DNA of 64,000 nt. It comes from an uncultured delta proteobacterium. Lineage in GTDB: Bacteria > Myxococcota_A > Polyangia > Polyangiales > Polyangiaceae. The stretch spans positions 3,424,001-3,488,000 of the forward strand of contig CAWAIF010000003.1 in NCBI GenBank assembly GCA_963782055.1, written 5' to 3'. The notes below the pieces were generated by a model. That model did no database searches. It saw nothing but the letters and a program-made list of their open reading frames with translations, and was not told where the DNA came from. The position numbers and the translations under genes were made by a program. Below, one piece after another: positions 16,584 through 25,800 of this stretch (the first letter of the stretch is position 1; each line of letters begins with the position of its first letter).

Positions 16584-18029
16584 GTGTCTGAACGGACGCA
16601 GCCCGTGGGTGAGGGAGGGCGGGAGCGCAGTCCTTTCGCCGTCGCGGAGGGGGCCGCCTCGACCGCGCCCACCGCTCCCCACGCCACGCCCTCCGACGAC
16701 CCCGCAGCCCAGCAGACGGGGCCTGCGCGCTTCTGGAGCAAGCGGCAGGTGCGGCGGGGGATGGTCCTCGGCATCGTGCTGTCGGCGGTGTTCCACTACC
16801 TCATCAGTCCCTTCTCGGTGATGCCCGACGGCCCGCCCATCGACCTGCACGATCAGGAGGGCGAGCTCAGCATTCCGGTCGAGATCCTGGAGGACACCCC
16901 GCAGAAGGCGGAGACGCCGGCGCCCACGGCGACGGGCACGACGAGCAGCGTGGTGAAGGGGCCGGGGGACGCAGGGATCGACCGGGAGGTGCCCGACGCG
17001 CAGCCGGACGTCGTCGCCAACGCCGTGCTCGACGCGGGCGCGCCGCGCGACGCCGCCCCCGAGGACGCGGCTGTGGACGCCGAGGAGGCGGATGGCGCGG
17101 CGGTGGCCCTGGGCGGCGACGGCGGGGCGGGGACCGTCGCCGGACGGGACCCGCGGGCGATCCTCGGGGTCGTCGGCGCCGTCTCCAGCGACCCGGCGAA
17201 CGTCACGGTGGCCATCAACTTCCAGGTCATCCGCAAGCACCCCGAGGCGGCGCGGCTGGCGCCCATCCTGGGCGCCATCCCGCAGTGGCGCCAGTTCATG
17301 TCCGCCAGCGGCGGCACCGCGCTCCTCGACCCGCTGCACGACGCCGACTGGATGACCATCTGGGGGCCCTCCTTGCTGCACACCGAGCGCGACGCGGTCT
17401 ACGTGCAGTACTCCGCGCCCGACGCGGTGGTGGACGGCGTCATCGCCAAGGTGGCCAAGGGCTACGAGAAGGGCGGCCCGATCAACCTCCACGTGCGCGG
17501 GGTGAAGGCGTGGAGGGCCTACGCCGATCGCGCCGAGCGTGTCTTCATCCGGCCGCGCTCGCACGTGGCGATGATCGTGCCGTCCTCCCACGCCGCGGCC
17601 TTCGCCCGGGCCATCGCCGCGCACCCGGTCAACGCGCACTTCCGTCCCGGCGAGGCGCTGAGCTTCCGCGCGCTGCGGCCCGGGGGCTCCACCAACCTCA
17701 TTCCCTCCAGCATCTCCGAGCTGCGGATGTGGATCGTGCCGCGCAACGCCGACAGCGGCGCCGATCTCTACATCGAGGGCGACTGCCCCGACGCCGCCTC
17801 CGCGCAGCAGGCGGCGGAGAGCCTCAAGAACACCCTCCGGCAGAAGAACTCCTTCGGCGTGCGCATGCTCACGGCGGGCCTGCTCAACAACGTGGAGTTC
17901 TCCAGCGACGGCGCGATGGTCAAGGGGCACCTCTCGGCGTCCAAGGATCAGATCGACGCCATCCTCGGGCTGGCGGCGGGGCAGGTGGGCGCCACGCTCC
18001 CTCCGCCCGCCCCCGCCGCGTCGCATTGA
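16584..18029 (+). CDS. Hypothetical single-pass membrane protein
   Basis: TM GMVLGIVLSAVFHYLI, acidic DA-rich linker, globular C-terminal domain. Confidence 0.75.
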   Translation: MSERTQPVGEGGRERSPFAVAEGAASTAPTAPHATPSDDPAAQQTGPARFWSKRQVRRGMVLGIVLSAVFHYLISPFSVMPDGPPIDLHDQEGELSIPVEILEDTPQKAETPAPTATGTTSSVVKGPGDAGIDREVPDAQPDVVANAVLDAGAPRDAAPEDAAVDAEEADGAAVALGGDGGAGTVAGRDPRAILGVVGAVSSDPANVTVAINFQVIRKHPEAARLAPILGAIPQWRQFMSASGGTALLDPLHDADWMTIWGPSLLHTERDAVYVQYSAPDAVVDGVIAKVAKGYEKGGPINLHVRGVKAWRAYADRAERVFIRPRSHVAMIVPSSHAAAFARAIAAHPVNAHFRPGEALSFRALRPGGSTNLIPSSISELRMWIVPRNADSGADLYIEGDCPDAASAQQAAESLKNTLRQKNSFGVRMLTAGLLNNVEFSSDGAMVKGHLSASKDQIDAILGLAAGQVGATLPPPAPAASH

Positions 18030-18033
18030 GAGG

Positions 18034-18684
18034 ATGGGAATGAATTCAGCCCTCCGCTCCGTGCGCGCGCCGATCCTGGTGCTGGTGGCCCTGGCGGCGA
18101 TCGCCCTTCCGCGCGCCGCGCGGGCGGCCACCTCGTGCGAGGAGCTGGTGCGCTCCGGCCGCGCGCACGAGGCGGCGGGCGAGCCGGAGGTCGCCCTGCG
18201 GCGCTACACCGAGGCGGTCACCCTGGATGCCACGTGCGGCCCCGCGTACCTCGGCCTGGGATCGCTCCGGCTGCGCATGGGGGACGCGCGGGAGGCGGAG
18301 CACGTCTCCGACGTGGCGCTGGAGCACGTCCCGGCCCTGCGTGGCGCCTTCGAGCTGCGCGCCCGCGCGCGCTGGGCGCAGGGCCGGCAGGACGACGCCG
18401 AGTCGGACATGCTCGCCTACGCCGAGCGGGCGAGCGACCCGCGCCAGACGGTCGCCGCGCTGGTGGAGCTCGCCGCCTGGTACGACAAGACGCGGCGAGT
18501 CCCGGCGGAGCTGGCGTGCTGGCGGCGCATCCTGGCGACGGTGCCCCCGGACGACGCGGCGATGGTCGCCCGCGCCCGGACGATGGTGCGGGCCCTGGAG
18601 ATCTTCCTCGGCCCGGCCGACCCGGTCACCAGCCCCTCCCGGCGCGATCTGGTGCGGTCGGTCGTCGCCGCCGCGGCGCGCTGA
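18034..18684 (+). CDS. Secreted TPR protein
   Basis: Signal peptide ending ARA; TPR-like YTEAVTLDATCGPAYLGLG. Confidence 0.75.
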   Translation: MGMNSALRSVRAPILVLVALAAIALPRAARAATSCEELVRSGRAHEAAGEPEVALRRYTEAVTLDATCGPAYLGLGSLRLRMGDAREAEHVSDVALEHVPALRGAFELRARARWAQGRQDDAESDMLAYAERASDPRQTVAALVELAAWYDKTRRVPAELACWRRILATVPPDDAAMVARARTMVRALEIFLGPADPVTSPSRRDLVRSVVAAAAR

Positions 18685-18691
18685 GGCCTCG

Positions 18692-18838
18692 CTACTTCTT
18701 CTCCGGCTCGGCGTCCGGCGGCGGGGAGAGATCCTCGCGCGTCGGCGCCTTGGCGAGCACCCACGCCACCCAGATCACCAGCGCGCCGATGACGGCGGAG
18801 ACGACGTAGTAGAGGGGACGCGGGTCGGCGGGGAGCAT
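18692..18838 (-). CDS. 48-aa single-TM small protein (absent from ORF track)
   Basis: MLPADPRPLYYVVSAVIGALVIWVAWVLAKAPTREDLSPPPDAEPEKK; fills the gap downstream of FKBP. Confidence 0.65.
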   Translation of the reverse strand: MLPADPRPLYYVVSAVIGALVIWVAWVLAKAPTREDLSPPPDAEPEKK

Positions 18839-18884
18839 GGGATTGCCATACCACGATGCCCGCGGGAGGGCACCGCAGCGCGCG

Positions 18885-19343
18885 CTACTTGACGTCGACG
18901 AGCTCGATCTCGAACTTCAGCCCGGCGTTGGGCGGGATGCTCGGCGGCTGACCCTTCTCGCCGTAGCCGAGGTACGCCGGGATGGTCAGCTCGCGCTTGC
19001 CGCCCACCTTCATGCCGGCGACGCCCTGCACCCAGCCCTTGATGACGCTGCCGTCGGCGAGCTTGAACTCCGCCGGCTTGCCGCCGTGGTCCTTGGAGCT
19101 GTCGAACTTGCGGCCGTTCATCAGGGTGCCGGTGTACTGCACCGAGACGGTGTCGCCGACGTGCGCCTCCTTGCCGGTGCCCACGACGACGTCCTTGATC
19201 TCCAGCTTGGCCGGCCCGGGCGGGAGGGGCTCGCCCTCGGCCGGCTTGAAGTCGCTGTTGTTCAGCTCGTCGACCTTCTTGGAGCAGCCCGCGAGCGCCA
19301 GCGTGAGCGCGGCGAGTGTCGTGAGCAACAGGAGTCTTCGCAT
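18885..19343 (-). CDS. FKBP-type peptidyl-prolyl isomerase lipoprotein
   Basis: LAGC lipobox; VQYTGTL, KFDSS, VIKGW, IPAYLGYG, IPPNAGLKFEIEL. Confidence 0.92.
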   Translation of the reverse strand: MRRLLLLTTLAALTLALAGCSKKVDELNNSDFKPAEGEPLPPGPAKLEIKDVVVGTGKEAHVGDTVSVQYTGTLMNGRKFDSSKDHGGKPAEFKLADGSVIKGWVQGVAGMKVGGKRELTIPAYLGYGEKGQPPSIPPNAGLKFEIELVDVK

Positions 19344-19428
19344 GGCCGCCTTAAAGCACGGACGGCCGCCACCGCAAGCCCGCTGTGCCGGGCATCGTGC
19401 CCCACGGCCGCGACGGGCGGCGTCTCGC

Positions 19429-21267
19429 CTACACGCTCTGCGCTTCCTCGATCGCGTCGCTGCGGCGCGGGCGCTTGTTGATGGAGAGGATGGCCTTGCG
19501 CACCCGGACGGCGTCGGGCGTCACCTCCACCAGCTCGTCGGCGTCGATCCACTCCATGGCGGTCTCGATGGTGAGCACGCGCGGGGGCGCGAGCAGCACG
19601 TTCTCGTCCTTGCCGTGGTTGCGGACGTTGGTGAGCTTCTTCTCCTTGATGACGTTGACGTCGGCGTCGTTGGGGCGGTTGTGCTCACCCACGATCATGC
19701 CCTCGTAGACATCGACGCCGGTGCCGAGGAAGAACTCGCCGCGCGGCTGCAGGTGGTGAAGCGCGTAGGGCGTGGAGACGCCAGCGCGATCCGACACGAT
19801 GGCGCCGGACTGGCGCTTCATCATGGGGCCGCCCCACGGCTCCCAGCCCTCGAACATGGTGTTGAGCAGGCCGGTGCCGCGCGTGGCGGTGAGGAACTCC
19901 CCGCGGAAGCCGATGAGGCCGCGGCTGGGCACCCGGTACTCCAGCCGCGCGCGGCCGTAGCCGGGGTTGGACATCTTGACCATGCGGCCGCGGCGCTCGC
20001 CGAGGCGCTCGGTCACCACGCCGATGAACTGCTCCGGCACGTCCACCACCACCAGCTCCACCGGCTCGTGCGGGGCGCCGTCGATGGTCTGCGTGACCAC
20101 CTCCGGGTTGCCGAGCTGCATCTCGTAGCCCTCCCGGCGCATCGTCTCGACCAGGATGGCGAGCTGCAGCTCCCCGCGCCCGAGCACGACGAAGGTGTCC
20201 GGCGAGTCGGTGTCCTGCACGCGGATCGCCAGGTTCCTGCGTGTCTCGCGCTGCAGGCGCTCGCGCAGGTGGCGGCTGGTGAGGAACTTGGACTGCTTGC
20301 TCTTGCCCGCGAACGGCGAGGTGTTGACGCCGATCTTCATCTTGATCGTCGGCTGCTCGACGTGGATGCGCGGGAGCGCGCGGGTCTCCCAGCCGGGGTC
20401 CTGGTCGACGATGGTGTCGCCGACGTAGACCTCCTCGATCCCGGCGATGCACACGATCTCGCCGGCGCGCGCCTCCTGCACCGGGGTGCGCTTGAGGCCC
20501 TCGAAGACGGAGAGGACCTTGATCGCGCCCTTGACCGTGTGGCCGTCCTTCAGCACACCCACCGGCTGGTTGGCGCGCGCGGTGCCCGCCACGACGCGGC
20601 CGACGGCGAGGCGGCCGGTGTAGTCATCGTGATCCAGGTTGTTGACCAGGACCTGCAGCGGCGCGGTGTCGTCGCCCTTGGGCTCCGGCACCGTCTTCAG
20701 GATGAGGTCGAAGAGCGGCTCCAGCGTGGTGGAGGGGTCCTCCAGGGAGGACTTCGCCACGCCCTGCTTGCCGATGGCGTAGATGACGGGGAAGTCGGTC
20801 TGCGTGTCGCTCGCGTCCAGATCGCAGAAGAGGTCGAAGACCTCGTTGAGGACGTCGTTCGGCCGGGCGTCGGAGCGGTCGATCTTGTTGATGACCACGA
20901 TGACGGGGAAGCCGAGCTCGAGGCACTTGCGCAGCACGAAGCGTGTCTGCGGCAGCGGGCCCTCCGCCGCGTCGACCAGCAGCAGCGCGCCGTCGGCCAT
21001 GAGCAGGGTGCGCTCCACCTCCCCGCCGAAGTCGGCGTGGCCGGGGGTGTCGACGATGTTGATCTTGGTGCCCTTCCACCGGACGCTGGTGTTCTTGGCG
21101 AGGATGGTGATGCCGCGCTCGCGCTCCAGATCGTTGGAGTCCATCACGCGCTCGGCGACCACCTCGTTGTCGCGGAAGGTGCCCGCCTGGCGGAGCATGT
21201 GGTCGACGAGCGTCGTCTTGCCGTGGTCGACGTGGGCCACGATGGCGACGTTGCGGATGGAAGGCAT
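19429..21267 (-). CDS. typA: Translational GTPase TypA/BipA
   Basis: [59 protein letters not shown]. Confidence 0.97.
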   Translation of the reverse strand: MPSIRNVAIVAHVDHGKTTLVDHMLRQAGTFRDNEVVAERVMDSNDLERERGITILAKNTSVRWKGTKINIVDTPGHADFGGEVERTLLMADGALLLVDAAEGPLPQTRFVLRKCLELGFPVIVVINKIDRSDARPNDVLNEVFDLFCDLDASDTQTDFPVIYAIGKQGVAKSSLEDPSTTLEPLFDLILKTVPEPKGDDTAPLQVLVNNLDHDDYTGRLAVGRVVAGTARANQPVGVLKDGHTVKGAIKVLSVFEGLKRTPVQEARAGEIVCIAGIEEVYVGDTIVDQDPGWETRALPRIHVEQPTIKMKIGVNTSPFAGKSKQSKFLTSRHLRERLQRETRRNLAIRVQDTDSPDTFVVLGRGELQLAILVETMRREGYEMQLGNPEVVTQTIDGAPHEPVELVVVDVPEQFIGVVTERLGERRGRMVKMSNPGYGRARLEYRVPSRGLIGFRGEFLTATRGTGLLNTMFEGWEPWGGPMMKRQSGAIVSDRAGVSTPYALHHLQPRGEFFLGTGVDVYEGMIVGEHNRPNDADVNVIKEKKLTNVRNHGKDENVLLAPPRVLTIETAMEWIDADELVEVTPDAVRVRKAILSINKRPRRSDAIEEAQSV

Positions 21268-21357
21268 GGCGCGCAGCTTGTAGCCGCCCGCCCCGGGTCG
21301 CGCAAGCGCGCGATCGGGCAAGGGCGTCACGGCCGAGGTGCCGCGAGGGCTACCGGG

Positions 21358-22533
21358 TCAGGGGTAGCTCGGGATGGGCGGGTCGTTGGGGAAGGCCAGG
21401 ACGTGGAGGCCGTAGCCGTCCACGCCTGCGTCGGACAGGAAGGCCTTCTGCGGGTCGCCCACCACCACGAAGGTGTAGTTGGAGTTGGCGGTGAAGTACT
21501 GGTCCGCACCGACCAGCTGCCCGGTGGTGCTCGCGTAGATGAAGGTGAAGGGCACCGGGAAGGTGGCGATCGGGGCGCCACCGTCGGGGTTGACCGCGCT
21601 CAGCACCAGCGCCGCGTTGCTGGCGGGCGGCAGGCTCAGGGAGGCCGCCGGCGCAGGCTTCAGCTGGGCGTAGTTGACCGGCGCGTTGTTCGGCGTGATC
21701 GGCTCGTAGACCACCCCCGCGTCGCTGCCGGCGTCGATCTCGGTCACGCCGGCGAGCAGGCCGGTGAAGAGCTTGGGAGACAGGTGCGCGACCTGGGCCC
21801 CGGACTTCTGCGTGTCGGCGATGATACGGTCGAGGTCGAAGATCTTGATGGCGACGTTCCCGAGGGTGCTGTCGTAGTCGGCGCCGCACGCGATGACGTT
21901 GGCGTTCGGGTCGGCGCTGGTCGGGAGGCAGCCGGTGGCGGCCAGGAGCAAGGTCTTGCCGGGCATGAAGGTGCCGGATGGGATGGGCGGCAGCTTCATG
22001 TAGTCGACGTTGGCGGTGAGGCCGCCGTCGCCCTGGAGCAGGGTGTCGCAGGCCACGGGGGCCACGCCGCCATCGGCGGGGGCCACGTCGCTCGCCACCT
22101 TGGACGCGATGATCACGTAGGGGACGATGACCTTCTGCGAGAGGTCCGCGCCGAGATCGGGGAGGGGCCCGCCGGTGCCTGGAAAGAGGCCGGGGAAGGG
22201 CAGCGAGCCCTCCGTCTTGTCCGGCAGGGGCGGGAAGGGCGCGATGACGGCGTCGGAGCCGTCGGACTTGGTGCCCACGGCGAAGCAAATGCGCACGGGG
22301 GGCACGTCGGGGGAGGCATGGACGACCAGGATCTTGGCGCGAGCCGGGCCGGCGTCAGCGGCGTCGCTGCCGGTGTCCGTGCCGGTGTCCGGGACGCCGT
22401 CGTCGATGACGTTCATGTCCGACCCGGCGTCCTGCGGGGTGGAGGTGTCGTCGCCGCTGCAGGCGGCTGTCCCTGCGGTCGCCGCCCCCGCCACCGCCGC
22501 CACGAAGCCCCACGCAAGCCACTTGTTCTTCAT
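21358..22533 (-). CDS. Lipoprotein with a DUF4397-like domain
   Basis: TAAC lipobox, DAG/DTG linker, KILVVHASPDVPPV. Confidence 0.75.
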   Translation of the reverse strand: MKNKWLAWGFVAAVAGAATAGTAACSGDDTSTPQDAGSDMNVIDDGVPDTGTDTGSDAADAGPARAKILVVHASPDVPPVRICFAVGTKSDGSDAVIAPFPPLPDKTEGSLPFPGLFPGTGGPLPDLGADLSQKVIVPYVIIASKVASDVAPADGGVAPVACDTLLQGDGGLTANVDYMKLPPIPSGTFMPGKTLLLAATGCLPTSADPNANVIACGADYDSTLGNVAIKIFDLDRIIADTQKSGAQVAHLSPKLFTGLLAGVTEIDAGSDAGVVYEPITPNNAPVNYAQLKPAPAASLSLPPASNAALVLSAVNPDGGAPIATFPVPFTFIYASTTGQLVGADQYFTANSNYTFVVVGDPQKAFLSDAGVDGYGLHVLAFPNDPPIPSYP

Positions 22534-22841
22534 CGGTCCTCTTCCCACGCGGCGAGAGCTGGTGCTCCCCGCCAAGGTTGAGCTGGAGCCATAGCGCAAG
22601 TGTTGCCAACCTGCTATCGGGTTGTTCCAACCACCCCCACCCTGAACGCACCATTGCAAGGGTGCTTGCACTCCGACGATCGGCGGCCGACCGGCGGGGA
22701 GGGGCCAGCGCGGCTGGGAGTCGGCAGGCGTGTTCCGGCGCCGTCGTGGTTGCTCGTACACGCGCCGTGTCGGCAGGCCCGCGACCCACCCCGGAATCAC
22801 TGGCCTTTTTCGGCGGCACGGGACTTGATGAGGCACTGACC

Positions 22842-25800
22842 ATGCGAGGTGTGCGCGTCGGATTCGTCCTCATGGGGCTGGTGCTGTTCACGAGCTGCCT
22901 GCAAGGCAGCCCCGGCGTCGTGCCTCGGGCCCCACGGACGCTGGGCCTGGGCACTGAGGATCCCGACCTGCCCTCGCGGAGGCCGTTCGGGGTGACCTTC
23001 GCCGGCCCGAAGGGACCGACCGTCGATGCCTCGGTCGTGACTGTGCTCTTCAACCGGCCGATGCATGCGCTGGAGATCGCGGAGGAGGCGTCCCCGCCGC
23101 CGATCCACATCGAGACCGCCGCAGGGGGGAAGGTGGCGGGGACCTGGCGATGGGTCGGCACCCACGCGGCCCGCTTCAGCCCCGTAAAGGCCCTGCCCCG
23201 CGCGACCGAGTTCCACGTGACGGTGCCCGCCGGCACCCGGGCGGTGGACGGGGCGACGATGAAGGACGCCTACGCCTTCTCCTTCTCCACGCCCCGCCCA
23301 GAGCTCGTCAATGTCTCGCCGTCGAGCGACCACCTGTCGCCCTCCGCCAGCTTCGAGCTGCGCTTCAACCAGCCGGTGGATGTCGCCGAGGCGCGGGGCC
23401 ACGTGAGCCTGCTGGTCGCGGGCAAGTTGCGCGCGTTCTCCGTCCGCCGGCCGCAGCCGGACGTGCCGGAGCTGGTCCAGCTCTCCCCCACCGCCGCGCT
23501 GCCCCTGGACACCGACGTGGATGTGGTGGTCAGCCCCGCCCTCGTCGGGATGGAGGGGCCGCTGACGGCGGGCACCCCCCACACCGTGGAGATGCGCACC
23601 TATGGCCCGCTGGAGATCAAGCGCCACACCTGCTCCACCGATACGCCACACGGCCGCTGCGCGGCGTTCTCCGGCGTGAGCATCGAGCTCACCAACGACG
23701 TGCCGGGCAAGGAGTTCGCCGCGCACGCGCGCATCGAGGGGCCGACGGTCGCCCGCGTGCACCACGCGCCCGACTACAGCTCCACCTACTGGACGCTGGG
23801 CAACGACCTTCGTCCCGCCGCTTCCTACCGCCTGGTGATCAAGGCCGGCATGAAGGACATCTACGGCCAGAAGCTCGCCCACGACGTGGTGTGGCCCTTC
23901 CAGACCGACGACGAGTGGCCGGCGCTGGACGTGGGCCTCACCGGCGGCACCTTCGAGGCGCGCGGGACCCACGCGGTGCCCGTGACCTCGCTCAACGTCG
24001 CGAAGTACGACCTGCTCACCGTGCCGCTCGACGAGGCCGGCCTGATGCACCTCCTCTTCACCGACCGCTCCTCCGGCCTCTACGACGTGGCGCGCGGGCT
24101 GCCGGGTGCCAAGGTGCAGACCATCGCGCCGCGCGCGGCCACCAACGCCGGGAGCACGCGCTCGGTCGCCCTCGACCACGTGCCGCCGCACGGGCGAGGC
24201 CCGATGGCCTTCGGTGTGCGATGGCCGTCGCGCGGCGGCTCGAGGGACGACCTGCGCCTGGTGACCATCACCGACCTCGCCATCACCGCCAAGATGAGCC
24301 GCTTCGGGGGCCTGGTCTGGGTGACCCGCCTCTCCGATGCCCGGCCCGTCGCCGGCGCCAGCGTCTCCATCCGCACTCCCAGCGGCGAGGCGTTCGGGGG
24401 CAAGACCGGATCGGACGGCGTGCTCGCGGTGCCCGCCGACAGGTACGCCGCCGTCGACGCCGAGGGCCGCGTGGACGAGGATGCCGTGATCGTGGTGCGT
24501 GACGGCGACGACTGGGCGTACCGCCGCATGAACGACGACGTGAGCCCGTGGTCGACCGGCGTGTACACCGACCTCACCGGCGCCACCGACCCCTTCGGGA
24601 TGCTCTTCGCCGACCGCGGCATCTACCGGCCGGGAGACACCGTGCGCCTCAAGGGGCTGGTGCGCGTGCCGGAGCCGCGCGGCACGAGCACGCCGCGCGG
24701 GCGGGAGATCGGCGTCACGGCGACCGACTCGCAGGGGCAGAAGCTGCTGGACACCAAGGTCAAGCTCGGGGCCTTCGGCGACTTCGCGCTGGATATCCCG
24801 ACGGCGCGCTCGACGCCGCTCGGGTACCTCGACATCCAGGCGATCACGCCGGACGCCCCGCGGAACCGCTGGGGCGGCTCCACCGGCCACATCGCCTCGA
24901 CGTCGGTGCGGCTGGCCGAGTACCAGCCCTCCGAGTTCAAGGTGGGCGTGGAGACGAGCAAGCCCTCCTACGTCCGCGGTGACCCGGCGAGCTTCACCGT
25001 CCACGGCGACTACCTCTTCGGCGCGCCGATGGGCGGCGCCGGCACGCGCTACACCGTGACGCGCGGGGAGACCAGCTTCACCCCGCCCGGCGCCGAGGAC
25101 CTCGTCGTCGACGACGGCACCTACTACGACGGCCTGCCCGACGCGCCGTCGCGCGCCACCGAGCTGGACGCCAAGGAGGTCAAGCTGGACGCCAAGGGCA
25201 CCTTCGGCGCGAACATGGCGCTGGCGCTCCCCGGTCAGCGCGGCCCGGAGGTCGTCACCGTGGAGGCGGAGGTCACCGACCTGACCCGCCAGAGCATCGC
25301 CGGCCGCTCCAGCGTGGTGGTCCACCCGGCGGACTTCTACGTCGCCGAGGAGCCGCTCGACGGCTACTTCTTCGACAAGGGCAAGCCCATTCGCGTCGGC
25401 GTCGCCGCGATCACGCCGGAAGGCGCGCACCGCGCCGGGACGAAGGTGGACGTGGTCCTCATCCGCCGCACCTGGCGCACCATCCTGCAGCGCACCGGCG
25501 ACACCGGCGCGCGCTACGACTCGCACGCCGTCGACGAGATCGCCGGCCGGTGCAGCGTCACGACGACCGCCAAGCTCGCCGGGTGCGCGGTGACGCCGCG
25601 CGCGGGCGGCTACTACATCCTTCGCGCCGTCGCGAAGGACGCGAAGGGCAACACCGTCGGCGCCAGCCAGTCGGCGTACGTCCTGGGCGACGAGGGGAGC
25701 ATCGGCTGGGACACCGACGACGCCAACGTGGTCAAGCTCACCCCCGACCGCAAGTCGTACGAGGTCGGGCAGACCGCGCGCATCCTGGTCAAGAACCCCT

